From Dicyema japonicum (Eukaryota; Animalia; Dicyemida), in NCBI GenBank assembly GCA_011109175.1, contig RDEW01000021.1:714589-778588 (forward strand): a stretch of DNA of 64,000 bases. Reading direction: 5' to 3'. The translations under genes and the position numbers were made by a program. Below are positions 43,003-56,271 of the stretch, piece after piece. Below the pieces are notes generated by a model. That model was not told the DNA's origin, ran no database searches, and saw only the letters and a program-made list of their open reading frames with translations. Every line of letters starts with the position of its first letter. Within the stretch, counting starts at the first letter, position 1.

Positions 43003-43119
43003 TTTATTTTTTTGGTATTTATTAAACTTTAATAATTATTTTTATAATTAATATTTAGTAAAATAAAAAAACCCCATTAACATAACAAATTTGTTAGAAT
43101 CACTTAATTTGTTATTTCT

Positions 43120-43360
43120 ATCTCAATGTCTTGAAGATCGAGGCTAGCCGAAAAAGAGCATCTAAAATCACGGAACGCTGGATTTCTGGAGAGTTCCAGC
43201 CATTAATGCCTCTTGAAGCTATGATACGAATGAACAATGGAGCGCGCCGTCGTAACTGCGTAGATCCAGTCGCTCAACCGATACGTGCTTGTGTGGGTCG
43301 AGGGAAGAGCATTGGGCTAAGATGAGGTCTCTTCTAGAACGTGCTGGGATCACGTGATTA
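43120..43360 (+). mobile_element. LINE 3' end fragment, same family as 46570-46700
   Basis: LKIEASRKRASKITERWISGEFQP matches the 45807 ORF; ends GCTGGGATCACGTGA. Confidence 0.8.
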
Positions 43361-44461
43361 GTTAGTTCGTGTAACCGTAGTCTCTGTTGTTGTTTCAAAA
43401 AAAATCCAATCTATAATCAACCATTAGGGTCATACGGTGACCGCTCTGATTGTATGGCTATTCCCTCCCAGGACTGTGAGCGAGATTCGCTCAAATAGCA
43501 AAAATCGTGGAAAACTCAAATGTGAAATGGATATAATGATGTAATTTAATTTATTGATTGAGAATTGATATCATTCAAATTTACATTTTTATTCAAATTG
43601 CTAATTGTCATTATTGACTTTAGTCGAACACATCAAAAGTCAAATTTCCCTTATCTGAGCTACAATGGTGCAAAAAATCTAATCTATTTCTAGGATGAGA
43701 TAATCAACCAATTTGAGTTAATTGACAACAAAGGTTAACAAAAAACAGATTTACGACAAGGTAAAATGACATTATTATTACCCCAGGATCACTGGCTCAA
43801 AGAGAAAGAAATAAAAGTTCTCATCTAACTAAGGACGAGTCCTGCAGGGTAGAGAATCCTGAACAGCTCTTCTCATTGGACATGGCATCGGCTCAAAATT
43901 TCTATGATTGTAGACATTCNNNNNNNNNNNNNNNNNNNNNNNNNNNNNNNNNNNNNNNNNNNNNNNNNNNNNNNNNNNNNNTCAATTACCATTAAGTTAC
44001 TCACCACACACATCACTCCCGAATAAGAAACAATAAAGAAAGAAAAAAAATTTTTGGCTGATGTCAATTTATCGCCCTACATAATAACCATTTGTAGTAA
44101 TAACTAGCAGTTTTTATTCAAAAATTGTTGATGTGACCCTTGACCTTGGTTTACCGCTCTCTATAATATTATTTTATTAAGGGTACTCTGATGTTTCCTT
44201 TTTGCAAATACTCAGGTTATTATGCGTTTTGCTCATCATATGGTTAGGTAGACTAAATTTTTTCTCAACGCTATATGATGTCAGAAAGCCTAACAGTAAT
44301 GAAGACATATTTTCCTACAATTTCGGGAATAGTGGTTTGATTACATTCGACACTCGAAAGTAAGAAATCGGCTCGTTTTTAAAGTGAATTTCAAGTTCTC
44401 GTCATTGTTAATTCAATTAGTTCTTGCATTTCCTCTTCCAAATTAAACCCTGAGATAATTA

Positions 44462-44712
44462 TCCGCGTGGCTCCTTGTGGTGCTACGTGGATAGTTTGTC
44501 AAAATTATTTTCTTTCCTTTCGACTGGATCCACCTTACAGAAGAGGCGACCAATGCCTGACCGGCATCAAGAACATCCAACAATTCTTTCCCGGGGGCAA
44601 CGTCGTTACTTGGTGACAAGTTCTGGAATGCTGTAACGAGTCAGGATCGAGGAGTTAGTTAGTTTGGTTACCCTTGGTCTTTGGAAATTTTTTTTAATTT
44701 TTTAACCCGGAT
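44462..44712 (+). mobile_element. Diverged relative of the 320-bp element
   Basis: Starts CCGCGTGGCTCCTTGTGGTGCTACGTGG; core GGATCCACCT...ATGCCTGACCGGCAT. Confidence 0.55.
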
Positions 44713-44799
44713 GATAACCACTGATTTATCATGCGTAAAATTAAACAAAAAATCGTAAAACCAACCTCCCAATAAACAAGCCCCCCCCAAATACAAGTT

Positions 44800-45470
44800 A
44801 GTTAGTTTAGTTAATGCACATCCGTGTTACCAGTAAACAGTGTTTATGGTTTTGCTTGTGCCATGTTTGGTACTATTCTCGCCGTTAGCCTTCTCCAACC
44901 TTTTCGTTGGCGTGCTCACCTCCTGATTTCGTCCAGATCGTCTGTATCCACCAATCGGTCCCCGATCACAGCATAATCCTCCGCAAGTGTTTTGGGAAGA
45001 CAAATGTCCTGAGACGTCCTCTGAATGTAGAAAATTCAGCATGTCCGAAAAATTCTTAAATGGCGGCATTGTGTTTCTTCCCCCATCTGTAGAATATGTC
45101 GAAAAAGGCGCCGGCGGGCTTCAAGTACGTTCAGACTTATTGGTCCACAATCAGTCTGTATAATTTATTGTTTGAGATTTTCTTTGGCCAAGAGTATCCA
45201 AGTAGTTTTTTTAGGCCAGAATATCCAAGGAGCCTCTGTGAAATGAGTCGAGTTGTTCCATGTCTTTCTTTGATGTTACCCAAGTACCAGTGAGGACTGG
45301 TCGGAAAAATCCATTATATAAACGTAACCACATCTTAGTAGGAATTTGATTCTTTTTCATCAAAATTGATTGTAATTTTTTAAGTGCTAGTGTGGCCAGT
45401 ATCTTTCGTCTTGTGATATCTTGTGAATCGCCAAGTAAAATACAGCAAAATAATTTATCCATTTTTCAAT
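44800..45470 (-). mobile_element. RTE-like LINE fragments
   Basis: DITRRKILA...LRLYNGFFRPVL...QLDSFHR. Confidence 0.65.
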
Positions 45471-45654
45471 AATATTTTTTAATTTTTTTAATTAAATATC
45501 ATGTTACAAATAAAAAGGCGATTTTATTTATTAATTAAAAAATAACCCGGTTAAGTGAAGAAGTACTATTTTTTAATTTTTTTAATTAAATATCATGTTA
45601 CAAATAAAAAGGCGATTTTATTTATTAATTAAAAAATAACCCGGTTAAGTGAAG

Positions 45655-46733
45655 AAGGACCCAGTTTCATACAGACCGGTCGCGTTATTGTGTTCGGTGT
45701 CGAAAATTCTGAAAAGGCTGGTTCTTGCGAAAATCAAAAATTTTCTCCCGGACTTGTCATTTCAACATGGTTTAAATAAAGGTTTACTTCGACCCACTTA
45801 TCTGCATTGACTAACTTTATACGATATGGTTTCTCACACAGGCCGAGACACATAAAGACTACTTTGCTCCATAGACGTCCACAAGCTTTCAACTTTGTGT
45901 CAATGATGATTCTTACTTGGAAAATTTACCAAACAAAAATCCCTGGAAAGCTCAAAATCTGGCTAGCTAACCTTCTTAGTGGTCGGAGGGAACGCGTCTG
46001 CATTGGTCAGTCAAGGTCTATTTCACGGCTTTTTCCTAATGGTGTTTCCCAAGGATCCCCTTTATCTTTAGTTTTATTCAACCTATTGATGGCGAACCTC
46101 CCCACTCCAGACGCCGTAAATGATATTATTCTAACTTATGCCGACGACATCGTCATTGTGTCACGCGATCAATACATCCAGATTGCTACTTCAAAATTGC
46201 AAGAAAACCTGGACCATCTTGACGAATGGCTATCGAAGAATCGACTAACTACCAGCAATGAGAAGTCCGTCACAACCCTATTTACTTCAGACAAGAGACT
46301 GGGAAGACGGACGGTCGAACTGAAGGCAAACAATAAAGCTATTCCTTTCAGAAAATCCCAAAGGATCCTAGGGGTGACTTTTGACATGCACATGTCATTC
46401 TCGCCCCATGTTGAAAACGTAATTACGAAATGCGAAAAGAAAACTAATGTTTTGAAATGCCTCACAGGCTTATGGAAGATCGGAAAGCATTTTGTTTTGA
46501 GCACTGTATATAAACAATTCATTGAACCATGCATCTCTTATGCATGTGGTATATGGGGCCCATTCATCTCTTGGACGAATGTCTTGAAGATCGAGGCTAA
46601 CCGGAAAAGAGCCTCCAAAATCACAGAACGCTGGATTTCTGGAGAGTTCCAGCCACCAATTCCTCTTGAAACCTTGATACAAATGAACCATGGAACGCGC
46701 CGTTGTGGTCGAAACTCGTCATGCTCGTCATAA
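45655..46733 (+). mobile_element. APE-LINE RT fragment with an open 308-aa frame
   Basis: SYRPVALLCSVSKIL...NGVSQGSPLSLVLFN...LTYADD...ILGVTFD. Confidence 0.92.
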
Positions 46734-47204
46734 AATATTTAATTAAATTTTTGTCGCAGAAATTTTTTTCACCAGAAATTGCTTTAAAGGATTGTTCATG
46801 ACGCTTGTTTGAGCCTTTGAAATTTTTTAAATTTACCCGAGTCGTGATAGTTCTGGCAATGTTTTTAATTAGATATCCGGAAACTGAAATCCTGGAAACT
46901 GAATTTAATTAAATATCCGGAAACTGAATCAAATCCTTTTCTAGTCTCCATTTTTATTCTAGTTACTGTTCCATCCTCACTTTATACATCTTAGATATTC
47001 CCTTTCGGACATTGAGTTCCTTTCTAAGGCTTTAAATTTTTTTGTTTCAAGGCACAAAAAAACTTTTTGATATGGTACATTATTATAAAAATAAATAAAA
47101 TTTATATTTAATAGAATGACGTAATCTTGCCAGCTTAGTGAAATTTGATTTATTATTATGCACGTTACTAGCAAGAAAGTTGTATTCTTTTAATTCTGAA
47201 TTTA

Positions 47205-47527
47205 TGTTAATTTAATAACCACGGACACATCGAGTAAAAAGTTAAAAGTTAATTAGTTAAGTGTATTCAGTTTCTACTGTTACGGAAACAGAGTCCATCC
47301 GGAACCAGCTTAAAAGGTAAAAGAAGTCCATTACTTGCCGTTGTGGAAACCCCTCCAGTGGATTGGGGGAGAGCAAAGATCCTCTTTCGTGCCAGCTTAG
47401 AACTGGGAGCCACCTGAGACAGGTGGATCACGACGCCACTTTAATAGGAAGGAAAAGAGGAAGAAAAGACATAACAAACACTAAACTTCAATCAAGTAGT
47501 CACGTCACCACATAGCGCCACGTGGCG
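47205..47527 (-). mobile_element. Full-length ~320-bp non-autonomous retroelement
   Basis: Homologous end to end to 8301-8624 and 25408-25733. Confidence 0.85.
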
Positions 47528-47637
47528 ATTCAAATATCTCCTAGCATGCTGAAAACAAATTTTGTCCAAATATTTGGGAATAGCCAATCTATGATTCAAT
47601 TTCAAAATCTTTATTAAATCAACCAAAATTAAATTTT

Positions 47638-48542
47638 TTAAATCCTAAAAGACTTAGATTCCTCGCTTTCCGTGGTTGATGTAACCGCGGGGAATAAACT
47701 GTTTGAAATCTTGGATTTTTTGATGGAACACATCGCTATGAAGACGTTAAATGCCAAAAACACAAAAAAGAGGTAAGATAGGACCCAGATCATGGATAAC
47801 CTGCTGTATAATCCGTTTGTACTCTGTTTATCAGGGATGATGATAAAATTCATAATTTGGTATGGAAAGGAGGTTAGAACAGTCAGTACCCCAATAAAGA
47901 CGACAAAATTATGGAATCGTTGTTTCCGTGTTTTATTCTCTGGATTGGCCAAATGAAGGGTCACTGAGGTTGACCTGGGCTTCGGTTTCATTCGGTAGTA
48001 GAAAATGACTCCAATCTGAATTATCATGACAAAATGTGGAGTGTAAATCATGAAGATTGCGAAAATCACTGGATAGTACTTCTTTAAAAACTCTGAGTCG
48101 ATGGTCACGTGGTATTTTATCAACATGGGTACGAAGATGACTGTGGATAGTAAATATATGAAAAAGACGGCCAGATATCTGGTGGAGTTAGTGATTCTGT
48201 AGAACGTCTGCTTGTTGTTTGAGACGGTGTATTCCCACAAGGCCGCGACTATTATCCACGGAATCACGGAAAAGAAGTAGTCCAGGATGTCTTTGGATAG
48301 CCTCATTTGGTATTCCGCCAATTCTTAACTAAAAAAGGGATACTACCGACGATTTTGATGATAAAGTACACACCACACAAGAAGGTGTAGAGTAGATTCG
48401 CTGAGAGCAGATTAGTGAAAGTGTAGCATGTGAAATAGACCCGGATTTTACGATAATAGACCAAAGATGTGGTTCCCATGGCAATGTTGAGTAGAATAAG
48501 GTAGAACTTGATAATCCACAAGATAGAATCCGTAGTGATCAT
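47638..48542 (-). CDS. Orphan seven-transmembrane (rhodopsin-like GPCR-like) receptor; one intron 48324-48346 (23 nt)
   Basis: Splicing joins ORFs 48303..48542 and 47638..48321 into a ~293-aa protein with seven hydrophobic segments. TM2-like NLLSANLL, TM6-like LTSFPYQI, Ser/Thr-rich tail. Confidence 0.7.
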
Positions 48543-48594
48543 TACTCTCTAATTTTATGCAAACGTGACTATGTAATATATTCCGTTATTCTAA

Positions 48595-50750
48595 TTAAGA
48601 TGAGTTATCATTACTTAATCGATTCAGCCGGATGATTTCCTTGGATGCTTTCAGGGAAATCTTAACACGTGGGTAGTCCTCCCTGTTTTGCCGGTTTATC
48701 AGAAATTGATTGCTGTTGTCTCCATGCAACTCCACCTGGATTTTTGCGGATTTATTATCAACAACCATAGAATCATCATATAATCGACCTGACCTTTTTG
48801 AACTCTCGGACATGAAAGGCTATCACAACACGTCATGATGACCTTCACTGGAAAGCGCTAGTATGGGGTACCACGCGCACTGACACTTTCGTATTGATAA
48901 CTCCCACTCTACCGGATTTTTTCTGACAACTAGAAGAACTGGACTTTTTCTTTTATTTCCGGTGGTTCTGGATGGACTTTTGTGACATTGGAGGAACTTT
49001 TTGTCTGTGGACCGTCGGAACTAGATATTTATTTAATTAGTTGTGACCTAGATATCTCCCTTCTTGAAGAGATTCCCTCGACCATGGACCCCCGTCACTT
49101 TTTAAGACCACCAGCCTTCTGGGCGATTAACTAAAGTAAGGTTGAATATGATTCTGAAGACAAAAATATATTCGAATCTTTTTTTTCATCCCCCAAGTTC
49201 AAGTCTCTTCACTCCCTTAACCAAAATCTTCTGAAAATCAATATCTTCTTTTTGATAATACAATCTTTTCGTTTATTCTATGAGTAAGTCAACAATAAAC
49301 TCAGACTTCCACGTGATTTTTCTATCCTGAAACTGCTCTTCCTAATTCTAAAAGAGTTGACCTCCTTTGCGGGAGGCGGATTCGAGCTTTGGGAATCTGA
49401 CAGCAGAGCCTCATTGAAATTAAGAATCGGGCCTCGGTGACCTGGCTGAGTCTCCTTGAAGTCAGAGATATGGAGTACATCGTGTCATTTTAGAAACAGA
49501 TTGTTGTCACTCACTCAAATTTGTAATTAATATTCTGGTTGGTTCTTACTAAGATTTTGATATTTCTTGTTGACGCATGGACTTGGTCAGGGTTCTACTA
49601 ACGTAATTCGGTAATACCCCTTGATGACCATCAATTTGATTTATTCATGTCCTTGGAGTTCAAACCAGATTAATAATAACTGGCTATAACTTGGGGGTGA
49701 TGCGTTTCTAATATTCTGGAAAAACCATTCAATACTCTCTTCCGTGTTTATTGGCCAAAGTGTTAAGGTAATTCATACACGTGAGCCTTACATTAAGTAA
49801 AAGTATAAATTAATGTCAAAAATGACAATTCTTACCTCACTTTTTCTCCAAGTTGATTTTTTAACTAGGAACGTCCTTAATTTCGAACGTGTCCTTTAAA
49901 TAGAGCAATCATAGTAGAACATCTTATGAAGTTTTAGAACAGATTATCATACGAATTGCTGTTTGGGAATTCATAGCATTCTTTTCATGGATCAGTGAAA
50001 TCTTGTGAGTCATCTTAAAAACGATGTTAATTTAGCTGACGAAGCATTCGCACAATTTTACAAATTATACGAAAGCATAGCAAAGCTTTTGGTGCTGCCT
50101 TCTAAAATCTAATGAAACCACATATTTGCGATAAATCTACCACCTGAGTCGGCATTAATATAAACCGAGGATTTGTTCTTTGGCTTGTTTGGATGACAAG
50201 ACAGAAATTCATGACTCTTCGAGGTGTTCTTTTATTAAGGCTTCCATTTTCATTAAGAGATGTTACGATTTCTGAGTTCTAATTATATTTGAGTCGAACT
50301 ACTGAATACTGTTGACAGACTTAGAGGTCGATGGCCAGATTTAATAGGCGCTAGCTGCATAAAGTGTAGTTTTTTATCTATTAAATTAAAATATTTAAAA
50401 CTACCTCAACGCGATTATTCAAAAAAATATTAATTATTTCTGCAGCGGGTAATACTGGAGCTCGAACTTTCCAGTGGCAACGAAGATTTCCAAAGTCCTT
50501 TTTAGCTCAATCCTATTTATTAATGTTTTTAATTCATACTTTATCTCCCAGACTAAAGTACACTTACTATTATGAACATTCATTTTCCTGTTCATAGCTT
50601 TGTAATAACTCTAATCTTTTCGATCGGTTTGATTTTGAAGTTGAATCTTGTCGCATTCGGTGACAAATTGTCTGAATGGGAATTATCTATAGGTTTTAAA
50701 TCAAATTACGTGAATTTTCAATATATTCTGGAGTCGATAATTAACTGAAT
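48595..50750 (-). CDS. Uncharacterised multi-exon gene
   Basis: Coding-like blocks alternate with AT-rich GT...AG segments of 20-30 nt (e.g. gtagttttaaatattttaatttaatag, ~50378-50404). The reading path is not fully resolved. Confidence 0.4.
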
Positions 50751-51799
50751 CCTCCATTTGCTCTGGAATCACACACTTATCACTAGAAAGATTTTTGTCA
50801 ATAAAGTCAAAAATTCAAATGTTCTTTAAAATTGTTTAAAACTTATTAAAATGTGATTTTTAATCCCGAATGATATATAAATCAAAAGTTATAAAGTCAA
50901 AAAAGTCAAAATTTAATTTTTTAGGTGAATAAATTAAAAAAAATTTTATTTTTTATTTATTAATTTTTAGAGTTTTTTAATAAAATACTAACGTTTCATC
51001 AACTGTTATGCCACATTCAAATAAGAGAGGTCATTGAAAGGTTAAGACTGTTATTAAAAAACATCCTGGTGAATTTTTTTATCAACTCACGAATTTTCTA
51101 ACAACAGCTTTTTATTGAATTTTTTGTCTACGAAACATTTCAAACTAACAAGTCTATCATTTTTATTAGTATTTCACAGGTGCTACTGTATTGAACCGAG
51201 TTCCTCATCGTCGAATGACGATTTCGAAAATTATTTGAACAAAGTTGAAAGTACAAAACGAATTAAAACCGGCCACTCAAGACCTTTGAATTCAAAATTG
51301 CAACTTTTAAAACAAGAATTCTATTCCGCGGCTGATGTGATACTTCAATATGATTGTTCTTGTCAAATACCACTTCATGATNNNNNNNNNNNNNNNNNNN
51401 NNNNNNNNNNNNNNNNNNNNNNNNNNNNNNNNNNNNNNNNNNNNNNNNNNNNNNNNNNNNNNNNNNNNNNNNNNNNNNNNNNNNNNNNNNNNNNNNNNNN
51501 NNNNNNNNNNNNNNNNNNNNNNNNNNNNNNNNNNNNNNNNNNNNNNNNNNNNNNNNNNNNNNNNNNNNNNNNNNNNNNNNNNNNNNNNNNNNNNNNNNNN
51601 NNNNNNNNNNNNNNNNNNNNNNNNNNNNNNNNNNNNNNNNNNNNNNNNNNNNNNNNNNNNNNTTTTTTATTATAGAGTTATGCTAAGATACCAACTTAAC
51701 ATCGAGTATATACTTTTTTTGTTTTATTTGATTATTAACAATGAATTTATTTTAGATATTTTTCTAATTTTACTTAGAATTTTCTGTTCTAAATAAAAA

Positions 51800-51883
51800 A
51801 GTTTTAAGGGGTCAATTAAATATTAGTGGGGTCGAAAAAAAAGTCAAGGGGTCGACGAGTAAAAAAAGGTTGAGAACCCCTGA
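51800..51883 (+). mobile_element. Right end of a hAT element
   Basis: AGGTTGAGAACCCCTG followed by ATCTAGAG, the same TIR and target type as 10590-11659. Confidence 0.65.
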
Positions 51884-52034
51884 TCTAGAGTGTCGTGGTT
51901 TAATTATTTTTCGTCGGCTTAATGTTTTTGATGTCACTACTAACAAATAATTCGTGTGTTCGATTCTCCCATTGGCGATTAGGTTGAAGATTTCTATTCT
52001 TCTCTTATATTCCATCTCTTCATTCGATATATTG

Positions 52035-52140
52035 GAGTGGCGTCATGTGATCCGTCTTACTGACTAACGCTCAGTGCCTGAGTGGATCGAAAAGGATTAT
52101 TTGCTCTCCCCCGTTCCACCGGAAAAGTTCCTAAAGCGGT
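52035..52140 (+). mobile_element. Isolated core of the 320-bp element family
   Basis: GGCGTCATGTGATCCGTCTTACTGACTAACGCTCAGTGCCTGAGTGGATCGAAAAGGATTATTTGCTCTCCCC. Confidence 0.7.
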
Positions 52141-52609
52141 GATAATAATGTTTTCTCTAAAAATTTGTGTTTAAATCTGCTGTCCACAAATATCAAACCA
52201 ACGATCATCCGATTCAAAATATGATCTTCAATACACAGTCATGTGTACTAATATGTAAAAATATTTTGTCTGAAACTAAAAGAAAATCAATATGTACATA
52301 GCTTGCACGTGGTTACAACAAAAATAAAAGATCACGAGATAAAGATGAAAGATCATCCGATTCAAAATATGATCTTCAATACACAGTCATGTGTACTAAT
52401 ATGTAAAAATATTTTGTCTGAAACTAAAAGAAAATCAATATGTACATAGCTTGCACGTGGTTACAACAGAGATAAAGATGAAAGCAACTTGAGGTTGATA
52501 ATTTAAGGTCAGGAACATTTCATTTGTGACTCAACTAAAACCAACACTGAAATTTCTTAAAAAACCGCATAATTTAAATTAAAAATAAAATTATTTAATA
52601 ATTACTAAA

Positions 52610-53388
52610 ATGCGTAAAATTAAAACTCTAAATATTTATTGTTCCTTAGAAACACAATCTATGAAAAAAAGCCAAAACTCAGTGGATGTCGACTTATTCA
52701 ATTTTTATACGACTACCAATCAGTCAACATATGGAGAACATTGGCGGGGATTTAGACCTTCACAATTTTCAATAAGTGGTACAGGAAATTCAGTAAATCT
52801 GCGTCCTCAGATTTACTTAACAGAATCTCTCAACAAGGCCGAGAACATTTTACCAGGGTACAAAATTTTAAAAATCAGATCCTCGATTAAAGAAATTTAC
52901 GTGACAACCACCAATAGTTCCTTTCGCCCCTTCAAATATGCCTCAGGGCTCGAAAAAGAAGATGCCGTTTTAGACTCTGATCCTCAACCTACAATTTTTT
53001 CACATCACAATGGTGACGAAATAACAGGAGTCAGTGAATACAGGGAATCTTACAGGAAAATAAAAAATTCAAAAAGTTTATTAAATTTTATTAATCAGGA
53101 AATATTTATGANTACGTGACAACCACCAATAGTTCCTTTCGCCCCTTCAAATATGCCTCAGGGCTCGAACAGGAAGATGCCGTTTTAGACTCTGATCCTC
53201 AACCTACAATTTTTTCACATCACAATGGTAACGAAATAACAGGAGTCAGTGAATACAGGGAATCTTTCAGGAAAATAAAAAATTCAAAAAGTTTATTAAA
53301 TTTTATTAATCAGGAAATATTTATGAGCAAAGTGGGCCTCAGACAACTACAGCTTTCACTAATTATGACTTCTGTGATCCCATCCTAA
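52610..53388 (+). CDS. Orphan ORF (~190 aa once the N-join duplication is collapsed)
   Basis: Two ORFs overlap through the duplicated block ~52899-53111 / ~53114-53326 around the single n at 53112. No recognised domain. Confidence 0.45.
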
Positions 53389-56271
53389 GTCGGCCTCCTA
53401 AGCAATATTTAGAGACCAATAAAAACAACTCAGTGCTATTTAGTACTATTTTTGCAGGAAAGGAATGTTATAAAGACTGAGACACACGATAAATTTTCCC
53501 CATTCACTCTAACAGCTGTACAATGAGCTCTTATTTAAAGGCTACAGAGAAAGTTTCTCTAACTGGGGACCACACAAGCGCATTCACTAAAGAACCACAA
53601 CAATTTTTTTCGCCCGCCAATAATGTTACGAAATTTATTATTTTTAGGTTAACCAACGTAAAAAGTATTTTATATCGTTCTTTCTAGAAAATCAAACTAC
53701 TATTCACCCAAAAATAGTAAAAACGTAATTTCCCGCCAAAGTGGTGTAGTGCAGAATGGATCGATATATCTACAATCTAAGGCCGATGACGACACATATC
53801 TTACAATTAATAAGAAAAGGCATTAAATTTATCAAACAGCAGTTATTCAAATATTGTGGGGGATTCACTTTATCAGGAAAGTATTCATGATCCCTGGAAG
53901 AGTGGATATGTTAAAAATACTATTGTAATCAGTTAAAGTCATTTTAGGCATAACATCTTCATTTCTGTCTAACAAATATTAGCATTATTAAATTTAAAAA
54001 ATAAATATATTTAATTTTGAAAATTTCTTGAGATTTTAATATCGACAAACTCGCTAGTCTTCCACAACTTTAAATCCTATAAGAGATTAACAAACTCTAC
54101 ACCAACCCTAGTCCTCAATAATGTATCCATCACCACATCTAATTTTGTAATGATTTTTGCTGTCAAAATTGAAGCACTCTTGACATTTAGCAAACAAGTC
54201 AGCAACACTAAATTTTCTTAATTTTGTAAAAAATTCTCCTTGGAAGTTGCTTCAAACCATCAAAAACTAACTCTATACCTTGTACGTACAACTAAAGCGC
54301 TGAAGAATTCCGTGACATTGTTTTCGGGCACTCCAAGTAAAAATAAAGTATAACAATGAAGAAATATCCTCCTTATTTGGGGGTTCAGAATTTTACTATT
54401 AAAATATACTGAGCATGAAAATAGAGTTACGGCTAGTTAGTAAGCTATTTTGACGAAAATCAAAAAACTTATGAACACAAGGGAACCTTAATTGACTTTT
54501 TGTTTTTTTATGTGTTCTTGGATGTGACGATAATATATTTAGTACCCCCAGTCCTTCGAGTGAAAGAAACAGGTGGCTAAAAAGATGGTAACTATCAATG
54601 ACGTACGTTCCCAGAGATTCAAAAGGTTAATCCCATACGTGGAGGACAAAGGTGGGCCAGGATACGAGGAAAGATGATATCTCTCGTGGTCATCAAGTTT
54701 ACATGAAGGAAAAAGGTAGAAAAGTCGATACATTCTTGACATGAATCCTTATTACTTGCATATTACAAAACGATTAGGAGATAAATCCCACTTTTAAATG
54801 CCGATCTTAACAAGAACTTGTATCTATATTTATATAAACATCACTGTTCACATTTAGGTGGACGATGTTTTATTATATTTTCAACTTCATATTTTGTTAA
54901 GATTCAGCTATCTTAATTATTTATTGAAAATTGAGGGAAACAAATGGAAAGTTTGTGAGGTGATATTCGACATAAATCCAAAATCCGGTATTGAGGTTGG
55001 CTAGAATTACATTTTGCATCCTTATATGTCGATAAAGTTACACTATTGATCTGGAAAGTGACGTTAATGGTCGGGAAACTCTATAAATCCAATTGAAGAA
55101 TTATCTTTGTTTGGAAAAATTGCGAGAATTCTGAAGAATTGGTTTGTGCTATCGAAAACTTTGAAGAAATTGCATCAGATGCATGCGAAAATTAGTATAA
55201 CAACACGCGGGGGATACTTGTTATAGCATTCATTGCCTAATGAGGAGTCGGTTTTTGGTTTTATTTAATTGTACCTGAAATTATTACTTTTCTATTTTGA
55301 CAGGTTATTAAATATTTTGACAGTTATTATTATTAAGCCATAAAACACCATGATACATACCATCAGGTGATCCACTCCTCTCTCAGAATCGACCACAGCA
55401 TTTCCCGATGTTTCTCTCGGAACCCACGAANNNNNNNNNNNNNNNNNNNNNNNNNNNNNNNNNNNNNNNNNNNNNNNNNNNNNNNNNNNNNNNNNNNNNN
55501 NNNNNNNNNNNNNNNNNNNNNNNNNNNNNNNNNNNNNNNNNNNNNNNNNNNNNNNNNNNNNNNNNNNNNNNNNNNNNNNNNNNNNNNNNNNNNNNNNNNN
55601 NNNNNNNNNNNNNNNNNNNNNNNNNNNNNNNNNNNNNNNNNNNNNNNNNNNNNNNNNNNNNNNNNNNNNNNNNNNNNNNNNNNNNNNNNNNNNNNNNNNN
55701 NNNNNNNNNNNNNNNNNNNNNNNNNNNNNNNNNNNNNNNNNNNNNNNNNNNNNNNNNNNNNNNNNNNNNNNNNNNNNNNNNNNNNNNNNNNNNNNNNNNN
55801 NNNNNNNNNNNNNNNNNNNNNNNNNNNNNNNNNNNNNNNNNNNNNNNNNNNNNNNNNNNNNNNNNNNNNNNNNNNNNNNNNNNNNNNNNNNNNNNNNNNN
55901 NNNNNNNNNNNNNNNNNNNNNNNNNNNNNNNNNNNNNNNNNNNNNNNNNNNNNNNNNNNNNNNNNNNNNNNNNNNNNNNNNNNNNNNNNNNNNNNNNNNN
56001 NNNNNNNNNNNNNNNNNNNNNNNNNNNNNNNNNNNNNNNNNNNNNNNNNNNNNNNNNNNNNNNNNNNNNNNNNNNNNNNNNNNNNNNNNNNNNNNNNNNN
56101 NNNNNNNNNNNNNNNNNNNNNNNNNNNNNNNNNNNNNNNNNNNNNNNNNNNNNNNNNNNNNNNNNNNNNNNNNNNNNNNNNNNNNNNNNNNNNNNNNNNN
56201 NNNNNNNNNNNNNNNNNNNNNNNNNNNNNNNNNNNNNNNNNNNNNNNNNNNNNNNNNNNNNNNNNNNNNNN

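Noticed and set aside
49690-49790. Globin E-helix-like peptide (KHG.RVL) in the minus-strand gene
   Set aside because: Careful re-reading gives KHGREY* or a 20-nt intron at that point, so the similarity came from a frame misreading.
53650-55230. Possible minus-strand multi-exon gene
   Set aside because: Some coding-like stretches and GT-AG segments, but I could not build a consistent reading frame or recognise a domain.
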